The notes below the pieces were generated by a model. It ran no database searches. It saw only the letters and a program-made list of their open reading frames with translations, and was not told the DNA's origin. A DNA stretch of 64,000 nt from an uncultured Victivallaceae bacterium (lineage in GTDB: Bacteria; Verrucomicrobiota; Lentisphaeria; Victivallales; GWF2-50-93): positions 1,824-65,823 of the forward strand of contig CAZWRV010000003.1 in the NCBI GenBank assembly GCA_964636325.1, written 5' to 3'. The position numbers and the translations under genes were made by a program. Shown one piece after another: positions 25,055-33,089 of this stretch (its first letter is position 1; the number at the start of each line of letters is the position of its first letter).

Positions 25055-25693
25055 TCATGAGTTTTTGATCGCAGACTGCTCCTGACCTTTCTCGGACTTC
25101 TGCCGCGCCAGTTCCTGAGAATATACCGACTGGAACTCCCTGAAGGCCTTCTCATACCGCTCGCGGTCCTCCTCCCCGAATTTCCTCAATCCCCTGTCCC
25201 TGAACTGCCTTATGGCAGACTCGGCGGCCTTTACGAGGCTGCATATGCAATTGAAAATTTCGGACTCGCTCTTGGTAAAAATCTGATCCGTCAGCTTCAC
25301 CTGGGAGGCGAACTCCCCTCCTATGAAATATCTGAGGTCCTTTTCCTCCGCCTGGAGTATCAGCTCGTGGTTGAGCATGGACGACGACGCCTGGATGGTG
25401 TCGGTAAGAAGGATAAGATACTGCTCGTAGGGGTCGGCGGCCTCGCCGCCGAAGGCGGCCCCCCCTCCCGAGATGGCGTGAGTAGCGTCCATCGCGTCGC
25501 CCAGAAGCCTCAGGGCCGACTGATACATACCCAGCCGCCTCTCCTTGTCAAACGACATTATCTCGGGCACAAGAAGCGACACCGCAAGATCATAGGCCAC
25601 GTCCCTCCGCGCAGAATACGCGGGTATGTTCATCACCACGAGGTAGTCCTTCTTCGCCCCTGAACTGCTTTTCCTCATGAACGGGAACATCAC
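25055..25693 (-). CDS. Hypothetical protein (212 aa), no recognisable family
   Basis: The ORF has host-like codon bias and is predicted helical (..YEQYLILLTDTIQASSSMLNHELILQAEEKDLRYF..). No motifs were recognised. Confidence 0.55.
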   Translation of the reverse strand: MMFPFMRKSSSGAKKDYLVVMNIPAYSARRDVAYDLAVSLLVPEIMSFDKERRLGMYQSALRLLGDAMDATHAISGGGAAFGGEAADPYEQYLILLTDTIQASSSMLNHELILQAEEKDLRYFIGGEFASQVKLTDQIFTKSESEIFNCICSLVKAAESAIRQFRDRGLRKFGEEDRERYEKAFREFQSVYSQELARQKSEKGQEQSAIKNS

Positions 25694-25957
25694 TGCACCT
25701 GCGCGGAGTTTGTTCTTTTCCTAGTGCCTGTGCCGAGTTTCGGTAAAAGCATTTGAAAAACCGCGACAATATCCTGCTGGCACCTGAACTCTGACACCTT
25801 GTTTCAATAACTATATCACCGCCCCCGTCCATTTCCAAGCGGAGCCCCTGCGACAGCAGGTTTCTGGTGATGCGCCAGTCTTTGCTCCGCACGGCGCGGG
25901 GGAGCGGTGAACTGGTCACCCGAGACAGGCTATGGCTTCCCGGAAAAAACAGACGCA

Positions 25958-26914
25958 TTACGGTTTCTGCGGCAGCTTCCCGAAGCATTTCATGACCTTC
26001 TGAAGATCCTCCCAGGCATACTTCTTCATCCCGGGCGACCTCAGGAGATACGAGGGATGGAAGGTCGGCATAGTCCTGATCCCCTTGTATTCGAGCCAGC
26101 CGCCGCGCAGCCGAGTTATCCCTGTCAGGTTGAAGAGGGCCTTCAGGGGAACCGCCCCGAGGGTCACTATGACCTCTGGCCGTATGAGCTCGATCTGCCT
26201 CTCCAGATAGGGAAGGCATGCCTCGACTTCGTCGTCCTCCGGCGCCCTGTTGCCAGGGGGACGGCATTTCACTATATTCGCGATATAGACCTCGGCCCTG
26301 TCGAACTGCATCGCCGAAATCATCTTGGTCAGAAGCTGGCCCGCGCGCCCCACAAAGGGAAGCCCCTGCAGATCCTCGTCCTCGCCGGGCCCCTCCCCGA
26401 CAAACATCAGCCTCGCAGCTGACGGACCGCTTCCGAAGACGGTGTTCGTCCTCCCGGAATGGAGCTTGCACTTCTTGCATGCCGACACCGTATTCTGCAG
26501 TTGACCAAGATCGCCAGACGGAACGGTTCCCGACGGCTGATAAGTATTGACCCCCTCCTTCACCTGGGAAAGCTTGGATGCGGGATTCCCTGGAGCCGCG
26601 CCGGACTCGCGGCGCTGCACCGACGGTCCAGGCGAAGGCGAGCTCTTCATGGTGGGCGGGGGGGACGGGACGGTGCCCTTCGGAGCGGGCGCCCCATTCT
26701 TCGTCGCGGCGCCGCCGCGGAGCGGCGCAAAAAGCCTCGCCCGGACCCCGGAATCCAAGCTGAGGAGCGGCGTCCTCTCCCCCTCCAGCGAAATGCACTC
26801 GATTATCTCGTCGAACAAATCCTTCTTGGCCATTGAAAGTTCTCCTGGGAATTTTGTCCCGTCGTCCGTTATTGGTTGTCCGCCGCGAGCTTTGACCTTA
26901 ATCGCCATACGCAA
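25958..26914 (-). CDS. Family-4 uracil-DNA glycosylase with a ~130-aa low-complexity N-terminal extension
   Basis: The motifs are LMFVGEGPGEDED (GE-G/A-PG motif), FVGRAGQLL, ANIVKCRPPGNR and HPSYLLR. Confidence 0.85.
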   Translation of the reverse strand: MRMAIKVKARGGQPITDDGTKFPGELSMAKKDLFDEIIECISLEGERTPLLSLDSGVRARLFAPLRGGAATKNGAPAPKGTVPSPPPTMKSSPSPGPSVQRRESGAAPGNPASKLSQVKEGVNTYQPSGTVPSGDLGQLQNTVSACKKCKLHSGRTNTVFGSGPSAARLMFVGEGPGEDEDLQGLPFVGRAGQLLTKMISAMQFDRAEVYIANIVKCRPPGNRAPEDDEVEACLPYLERQIELIRPEVIVTLGAVPLKALFNLTGITRLRGGWLEYKGIRTMPTFHPSYLLRSPGMKKYAWEDLQKVMKCFGKLPQKP

Positions 26915-27110
26915 GCGTCCAGTGAAAAGCTGCGGCCGGGAAAAACAGCGCCCCCTCTAAGACGGCCGGCAAACGCCAGCCAAATATAAATCCTGGAGCA
27001 TATTTTACACGTGCCTAAGCGGCCTTAATGGCGACATATTCGCAAAAAAATCTTGCCAAAAGACTGTGCCGAACTATAATATTGATTCTGCTCAGTTTCC
27101 ATTCATTCAC

Positions 27111-27200
27111 GGAGAGATGGCCGAGTGGTCGAAGGCGCAGCACTGGAAATGCTGTAAACGGGCAACTGTTTCGTGGGTTCGAATCCCACTCTCTCCGCCA
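27111..27200 (+). tRNA. tRNA-Ser (anticodon GGA), class II with a long variable arm, encoded CCA
   Basis: The acceptor is GGAGAGA/TCTCTCC. The anticodon stem is CAGCA/TGCTG with loop CTGGAAA. The variable arm is AAAC..GTTT, the T-arm is GTGGG-TTCGAAT-CCCAC, and the discriminator is G plus CCA. Confidence 0.9.
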
Positions 27201-27237
27201 TTCGATTCAATATCTGAAAATAAACCGAGGGGCATCC

Positions 27238-28608
27238 ATGTCGAAAATCCCCAGGCTCAAGAGCGAGTGGAAAAAGATTCTGCCGGTAATAGAGGCGTAT
27301 CAGGACAGGATTGATCCGACGTACATGACGCCGGCGCCGGAATTCGGGCGCAGGCAGCATCTCGTCGCCAAGGCTTTGAAGGACAACGGGTTCGACGTAG
27401 GGATTGTCTTCTCCGACGAGCACTACTGCGGCGACGTGCCATATCTCGGCGGCAACAGCAACGTGTCGGTCGAGCAGGTCGCCGGAGTGATGGGGCCGGA
27501 GGGTTTCCATATCGTGGCCGGCTTAGAGGGCGGCTATGTCGCGGAACAGCTTTCCCCGCGTTCGGGCGCGAAAGTCCACAAGGCGGAGCTGCTGCAGCTC
27601 GCCGACGAGAAATATCCGGTCGCGGCCGAACGCCTTGAGGACATCCTCTCGGCAGCCGCAGGAAAACCCTGGAAGGAGATCAAAAAGGTCGCCCTGCTCA
27701 CGCCGCGCCAGGTGATCCCCGCAAGCCTCGTGGAATATCTTGAAAAGCTGCTGGGGAAGAAGGGAGTCGTCGACGCCCAGCACCTCTACTTCCACATAAA
27801 ATACATAAAGTCCGACGTCGAGATGAGGCTCATACGCGACGCATGCGCGGTGGCCGACGCGATGATGCGCGGGATGCTGGCGGTACTCAGGCCCGGCATG
27901 CTCGAGACCGAGGTCGTGGCCTGGGGCTACTTCATCGGCCGGGAGCTCGGCTGCGAGGACACCGGCTTCAAGCTGATGTGCGGCTCCGACGAGGCGAACC
28001 GCACGCTTATCGGCAAGGCGCTCAACCGGCCGGTCAAGAAGGGGGAATGGGTGCATCTAGGCGTCGCCCCGACCCGCGACGGCATGAACTCCTGCATCCG
28101 CCGCTCGGTGATCGCTGTCGAAAAACCTTCCCAGGTGACTCCGGATCAGAAATATTGGTTCGACTTAATCGAGGCCGCCTACAAGGTCGGATACGACAAG
28201 TTCGTGGAGGTCGCCAGGAAGAACCTGCCGGCAAGGCTGCAGGAGCAGGCGCTGGTCGACTTCTTCGCATCCAAGGCTGAGGAAGTCTCGAAACGCTGCG
28301 GCAGGGAAATCCCGCTTGCCATGCTCAAGCCGTATACCGGCACGCACAACTCCGGCTACACCGAATGCCAGGAGTTCTTCGGCGCGATAACTCTTGATTC
28401 CGACAAGCCGCTAGGCTCGCAGATAGTCATGATGCTCGACGTCGCCCTGCGCGGTTTCGGCAACCACTGGAACGACATCGTCATCCCCGGCTTCGACTAC
28501 ATCGTCGTTGAAAACACGCTCGGCAAGTTCGGAAGACGCGTCGAAACTTTGACGAAACTGCCGATCAACGTCCAGGGGCTGGTTGGAAACATCAAGGGGC
28601 TCTGCTGA
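27238..28608 (+). CDS. M24-family metallopeptidase (Xaa-Pro aminopeptidase / creatinase-like)
   Basis: It has the pita-bread fold pattern: an N-terminal creatinase-like domain, then SDVEMRLIRDACAVADAMMRGM..PGMLETEV and ..GEWVHLGVAPTRDGMNSCIRRS. The start is set at ATG 27238, preceded by ccgagggg, because the longer ORF (27028) runs through the tRNA. Confidence 0.7.
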   Translation: MSKIPRLKSEWKKILPVIEAYQDRIDPTYMTPAPEFGRRQHLVAKALKDNGFDVGIVFSDEHYCGDVPYLGGNSNVSVEQVAGVMGPEGFHIVAGLEGGYVAEQLSPRSGAKVHKAELLQLADEKYPVAAERLEDILSAAAGKPWKEIKKVALLTPRQVIPASLVEYLEKLLGKKGVVDAQHLYFHIKYIKSDVEMRLIRDACAVADAMMRGMLAVLRPGMLETEVVAWGYFIGRELGCEDTGFKLMCGSDEANRTLIGKALNRPVKKGEWVHLGVAPTRDGMNSCIRRSVIAVEKPSQVTPDQKYWFDLIEAAYKVGYDKFVEVARKNLPARLQEQALVDFFASKAEEVSKRCGREIPLAMLKPYTGTHNSGYTECQEFFGAITLDSDKPLGSQIVMMLDVALRGFGNHWNDIVIPGFDYIVVENTLGKFGRRVETLTKLPINVQGLVGNIKGLC

Positions 28609-28786
28609 AAGAAATACAACGGTTGAATAGAGTTCAACCCTCCATCCGCCGGTCGGCGGATTAGAATCCTTGTCCTTAATCGTCATGCGTAATCATATGC
28701 CGATTCGGGAATCAAGCGTTCGACGATTGCGGACTGCGATTACGGTTCACGAATAACAAGAAGTTATCATAGGAGAGAATGGCCAT

Positions 28787-29009
28787 CTGTCTGCCGCGGC
28801 GGACAGTTTTGCCGGTGTAAAACCTAGGTTTTTCCCTGCGGGAAAAAGGCGCCCTTACGGCGCGCAGGTAGCTTGCGCGCGCCGCGCGCAAACTACTTTT
28901 GGTAAAAACGTTTTCCAAGTCGCACCGTAAGGGACTTAAAGTAGCGCAGGTATTCTTCTGCGGGATCGCAGACAGGAATGTCTGCGTTACTTGAGGCGAG
29001 TTTCAGAGG
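28787..29009 (-). repeat. Dispersed palindrome-rich repeat, long copy (C2) carrying a ~113-nt nested palindromic insert (28820-28932)
   Basis: It is the reverse complement of C1 plus an insert. The insert contains TTTTTCCC-TGC-GGGAAAAA (28829-28847), TTGCGCGCG-C-CGCGCGCAA (28873-28891) and flanking CCCTTACGG / CCGTAAGGG (28852-28860 / 28925-28933). Confidence 0.75.
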
Positions 29010-29106
29010 AGTGCTCATCTGCGAACCTCGCAGTTCTGTCAACCAGAAACTTTCGGGAGGGACGCCGGCCTCGGCGTCCGCGGACACCGAGGCCGGTGCC
29101 CCTCCC

Positions 29107-29138
29107 CGACAAAGTTAGCGACAAAGCTACCGACAAAG
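29107..29138 (+). repeat. Three tandem 12-nt units containing CGACAAAG; copy B of the two-locus motif, 25 nt upstream of the sulfatase start
   Basis: CGACAAAG occurs at 29107, 29119 and 29131. It is preceded by a 44-nt near-perfect palindrome at 29059-29102 (GGGACGCCGGCCTCGG-CGTCCGCGGACA-CCGAGGCCGGTGCCCC). It is followed by AT..TC.AGTTT, as in copy A. Confidence 0.65.
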
Positions 29139-29163
29139 ATTTTCAAGTTTCGGGGGAGTCGAG

Positions 29164-30543
29164 TTGAATCCCAGAGGCATAATACTGATACAGTCCGACC
29201 AGCACCGCGCCGACTGCCTCGGCGTGTCCGGACATTCCATTGTCAAGACGCCGCATCTTGACAGGCTTGCCTCGGAAGGAATCATCTTCCGCGAGGCATA
29301 CTGCCCCTCCCCCGTCTGCGTTCCGGCGAGGACTTCGCTTCTTTGCGGGCGCTGGCCGCTACAGCACGGGGCCGTTACGAACTTCGACAGCGAGAGCTCG
29401 AAGGTTCTGCAGCCCGACGCTGACAACTTCGCGAAAACTCTTAAGGCGCACGGACTTTCGCTGGACTTCATCGGGCGCTGGCATGTTCATCCCCGCCTCA
29501 AGCCGACAGACTTCGGATTCGACAGCTTCACAAGCGACTCCGGGTATGGTGCATGGAGGATTGCCAAGGGCGCGGCACCGGTGAAATGCGGCTGGCAGGG
29601 AGCCGTCGACCATCACATAAAACCCGAGGAGTCAAGGCTCCATTGGCTCACCGACATCCTTATAGCCATCATGAGGCGAAGGATCGCCGAGGGAGGCCGC
29701 TTCTTCATAAGCATGGACATTCAGGAACCGCACCTTCCGAACCTTGTTCCGGAACCATATGCCTCCATGTATCCGCCGGAAAGCATCCCGCCATGGGGAA
29801 GCTTCTCAGATGATTTTAAGGGGAAACCATACATCCAAAGACAACAGCTTAAATCCTGGGGCATCGAGGACATGACCTGGGACGAGTGGGCTAAATCCGT
29901 CTCCCTCTACCTGGGACAGCTCTCGCTAATCGACGCCCAGATCGGAAGGGTGCTTGCCGAGCTCGACAGGCTCGGCGCGTCCGACGAAGTTCTCCTCGTC
30001 TACACCTCCGACCACGGCGACATGTGCGGCGGGCACAGGATGCTGGACAAGCATTTCATCATGTATGACGACGTCGTGAAAGTCCCGCTGCTGATGCGCT
30101 GCCCGGCGCTCATAAAGGCGGGCCTTGATCACGAGGGATTTGTCTCCAGCGCGATCGACCTCGCCGCAACATTCTGCGCCGCCATGGGCGCCGCCATACC
30201 CGCCTCCTTCTCCGGAAAAAGCCTCATGCCGTGCATGGCCGGAGAAACAAAGCCGATCCGAGACGACATCCTCTGCACCTACTGCGGAAACCAGTTCGGC
30301 CTGTTCAGCCAGAGGATGGTCCGGAACAAGAAATGGAAATATGTCTGGAACGCCACAGCGGAGGACGAACTTTACGACTTGTCAGAGGACAGGCACGAAC
30401 TGAAAAACCTCGCCGCCTCGGAAAAACACGCCACAATTCTGGGCGCCATGCGGAAAAGGCTCTGGGAATGGATGGAAGAGACCCGCGATCCCCTCAGAAA
30501 CGAGTGGATCCGCAGACAGCTCCGCGACGGGAAAAAGATTTGA
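29164..30543 (+). CDS. Formylglycine-dependent sulfatase (arylsulfatase family), no signal peptide
   Basis: The motifs are ILIQSDQHRADCLG and the signature CPSPVCVPARTSLLCG (C-x-P-x-R). The TTG start is preceded by GGGGAG. The N-terminus goes straight into the catalytic domain. Confidence 0.85.
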   Translation: MNPRGIILIQSDQHRADCLGVSGHSIVKTPHLDRLASEGIIFREAYCPSPVCVPARTSLLCGRWPLQHGAVTNFDSESSKVLQPDADNFAKTLKAHGLSLDFIGRWHVHPRLKPTDFGFDSFTSDSGYGAWRIAKGAAPVKCGWQGAVDHHIKPEESRLHWLTDILIAIMRRRIAEGGRFFISMDIQEPHLPNLVPEPYASMYPPESIPPWGSFSDDFKGKPYIQRQQLKSWGIEDMTWDEWAKSVSLYLGQLSLIDAQIGRVLAELDRLGASDEVLLVYTSDHGDMCGGHRMLDKHFIMYDDVVKVPLLMRCPALIKAGLDHEGFVSSAIDLAATFCAAMGAAIPASFSGKSLMPCMAGETKPIRDDILCTYCGNQFGLFSQRMVRNKKWKYVWNATAEDELYDLSEDRHELKNLAASEKHATILGAMRKRLWEWMEETRDPLRNEWIRRQLRDGKKI

Positions 30544-30581
30544 GCAGGTTTGGCGATAAGCTTAAATAAATCGACCCAAGG

Positions 30582-32831
30582 ATGCAGCACATGGACAATC
30601 TGATTTTCCTTGACTGGGAACTGGGATTCACGCTGGATCCGGGGCTGAAGCCGGAGGAGTTTGTGCCGGCGTCGGTTCCCGGTGCCGTGCAGCTGGACTG
30701 GTCGAGGGCGAAAGGCATGGGCGATCCGCACTGGGCGGACAACTGGCGCGACTACCTCTGGATGGAGGATGCCTGGTGGCTCTACCGCGCCCGCCTGAAA
30801 CCGCCGAAGCTGAATGGCGGCGAGCGCCTCCACTTCATCGCCGGAGGCGTCGACTATGCGTTCAAGATATCTCTCTGCGGCGAAATGCTCCACGAACAAG
30901 AAGGGATGTTCACGCCAGTCGACATCGACTTGGGAACTTCCGTCCATGAAGGCGCCCTGCTTGAAATCCTGATAAATCCGGCCCCGAAATCGCGGCCTTC
31001 GCCGCCGGACCGAGTCCAGGCGAACCAGAGCTGCAAGCCGGCGGTAGCATATGGCTGGGACTTCCATCCGCGCCTGATCCCGCTCGGTGTCTGGCAGCAC
31101 GCGGGTTTGAAAGTTGTTCCGGCCACCCGTCTCGTCGATGCTGAAATTTCCTACACTCTTTCGCCGGATTTCACTTCCGCCGACGTATCTCTCGCTGTCC
31201 GTCCTTCCGCTCCGAAAGGCGGGCGGATCCGCTGGACGCTGACAGCGCCAGACGGCCGTGCGGCAATAACTGCCGGCGCTCCAGCAGACAATCCGGAACT
31301 GCTTCTGCGCGAGAAGCTTGCGAATCCCGAACTCTGGTGGCCGAACGGGCACGGCCGCCCCGCCCTTTACACTTCTTCAGTCGAACTGCTCTCAAGCGGA
31401 GGCAAAGTTTTGGACTGTATCCACAGCCGCGTAGGTTTCCGCAGCATCCGGCTGGTGATGCACGAAGGTGCCTGGGATGAGCCCGCCAACAACGATTTCC
31501 CGAAGCCGCGCAGCAATCCGCCGACAACGATCGAGATCAACGGACGCCGAATCTTCGCGAAAGGCAGCAACTGGGTCTGCCCGGACATATTCCCCGGGCG
31601 TGTCCCAGATTCGCGCTACCGCGAGCAGGTCGAGATGGCGGCCCGCGCCAACTTTAATATTCTGAGATGCTGGGGCGGCGCGGCTGTTCCGCCCGACGCA
31701 TTCTACGACGCCTGCGACGAACTGGGAATCATGGTCTGGCAGGAATTCCCACTGGCGTGCAACCGCTACGAGGGGACGCCGCCGTATCTGAAAGTCCTCG
31801 ACCAGGAATCCCGCTCGATCATCAGGCGCCTCCGTTCAAGGCCGAGCCTGGCGATATGGTGCGGCGGCAACGAGCTTTTCAACTCCTGGTCGGGCATGAC
31901 GGACCAGGATCTCGCGCTGCGGCTGCTTAACAGGAATTGCTATGACCTAGATCCGATGCGTCCCTTCCTTATGACTTCGCCTCTTTCCGGAATGGGGCAC
32001 GGGCACTACGTGTTCAGGGATGCGGATGGGCGCGAGACATACCAGATTTTCTCCCGTGCTTCGTTCACCGCCTACACAGAGTTCGGGTGCCCCGGTCCGG
32101 CGAACACCGATGTGCTGCGCAGCATTATTCCAGAAAAGGATATCTTCCCTCCAAAGCCCGGAACTCCGTGGGAGACGCACCACGCATTCCTGGCCTGGCA
32201 GCCTAACAGCCACCTGCTGCTGGACGTCATAGAGCACTATTTCGGTTCCGCTCCGGACTTGCAGACGCTTGTGGACCGCGGCCAGCTACTGCAGTCGGAA
32301 GGGTTGAAAAGCATTTTCGAGGAGGTGCGCCGGCAGAAGCCCAAGGCGGCGATGGCGCTGAACTGGTGCTTCAACGAGCCCTGGCCGGCCGCGGCGAACA
32401 TGAGCATGCTCTGCTGGCCGTCGATTCCCAAACCGGCGCTGGCCGCCGTCTCGGAGAGCTGCCGGCCCGTCCTGGCAAGCGCGAAAATCGCAAAATACAG
32501 CTGGCAGGAAGGCGAGATCTTCAATCCTGAACTGTGGATTTTGAACGACAGCCCCGCGCCAGTTGCGTCCGGCAGGATCGAGGCCTGGCTCCTTCTCGGC
32601 GGAGCAAAAATATTCCTGCTCGGATGGGATCATCCAGAAATCGCAGCAAACTGCAATCTGCCGGGCCCGCTCATCAGGCGTGCGCTTCCCGCTGCGGCCG
32701 CGGACATGATGACACTGGAGCTGCGCGTCCCCGCAAATCCCGGATGGAGTTCGTCCTACCGCCTGAGATACAGCCCTTTGCCGCGCCATGATGCGGTTGA
32801 CGGCGCTGCTGCACGCCCGCTGAATCAATAG
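30582..32831 (+). CDS. Glycoside hydrolase family 2 enzyme (beta-mannosidase-like), no signal peptide
   Basis: It has a sugar-binding N-domain and Ig-like domain order. The TIM-barrel motifs are NFNILRCWGGAAVPPDAFYDACDELGIMVWQEFPLAC and LAIWCGGNE. Confidence 0.75.
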   Translation: MQHMDNLIFLDWELGFTLDPGLKPEEFVPASVPGAVQLDWSRAKGMGDPHWADNWRDYLWMEDAWWLYRARLKPPKLNGGERLHFIAGGVDYAFKISLCGEMLHEQEGMFTPVDIDLGTSVHEGALLEILINPAPKSRPSPPDRVQANQSCKPAVAYGWDFHPRLIPLGVWQHAGLKVVPATRLVDAEISYTLSPDFTSADVSLAVRPSAPKGGRIRWTLTAPDGRAAITAGAPADNPELLLREKLANPELWWPNGHGRPALYTSSVELLSSGGKVLDCIHSRVGFRSIRLVMHEGAWDEPANNDFPKPRSNPPTTIEINGRRIFAKGSNWVCPDIFPGRVPDSRYREQVEMAARANFNILRCWGGAAVPPDAFYDACDELGIMVWQEFPLACNRYEGTPPYLKVLDQESRSIIRRLRSRPSLAIWCGGNELFNSWSGMTDQDLALRLLNRNCYDLDPMRPFLMTSPLSGMGHGHYVFRDADGRETYQIFSRASFTAYTEFGCPGPANTDVLRSIIPEKDIFPPKPGTPWETHHAFLAWQPNSHLLLDVIEHYFGSAPDLQTLVDRGQLLQSEGLKSIFEEVRRQKPKAAMALNWCFNEPWPAAANMSMLCWPSIPKPALAAVSESCRPVLASAKIAKYSWQEGEIFNPELWILNDSPAPVASGRIEAWLLLGGAKIFLLGWDHPEIAANCNLPGPLIRRALPAAAADMMTLELRVPANPGWSSSYRLRYSPLPRHDAVDGAAARPLNQ

Positions 32832-32887
32832 GCGCATATACCAGTTTCATTTGGAAGTTCAGACTTCCATATCTGCGGGAATAATAA

Positions 32888-33083
32888 TTCAGATTTCCTG
32901 ACCCGCCCGCTATGAAAAGCTTAAAAACGACTGGAAAATACCCATATGGCTTTTCAGGCCGGGGCGCCGGAAATCTGAACTGAAATACCTTCCGGGGGTC
33001 GGTATTTCACCACATTTTTATTTTCCACGGATCAGGATGTCTGACTTTTTAGCCGTTTCAGATACGGGGTCAGGAAATCTGAA
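32888..33083. repeat. Perfect 17-bp inverted repeat pair bracketing ~160 bp (MITE-like or long terminator structure)
   Basis: TTCAGATTTCCTGACCC at 32888-32904 pairs with GGGTCAGGAAATCTGAA at 33067-33083. A third GGAAATCTGAA lies at 32969-32979 inside the hairpin CCGGAA..TTCCGG. A related palindrome GGAAGT-TCAG-ACTTCC lies at 32852-32867. Confidence 0.7.
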
Positions 33084-33089
33084 ATCCGG

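Noticed and set aside
24400-25155. A 251-aa minus-strand ORF spanning the Sel1 gene start, the repeat C1 and the end of the 212-aa gene. The small ORFs inside repeat C2 (28712-28918, 28893-29087) were considered with it.
   Set aside because: These ORFs overlap better-supported genes or consist of repeat and palindrome sequence. Their composition is Arg/Ser-rich and no motif is present.
27028-27237. The N-terminal 70 codons of the ORF-track protein 27028-28608.
   Set aside because: This stretch runs straight through a well-formed tRNA-Ser gene (27111-27200). The peptidase homology begins only after the ATG at 27238, which has its own purine-rich upstream element.
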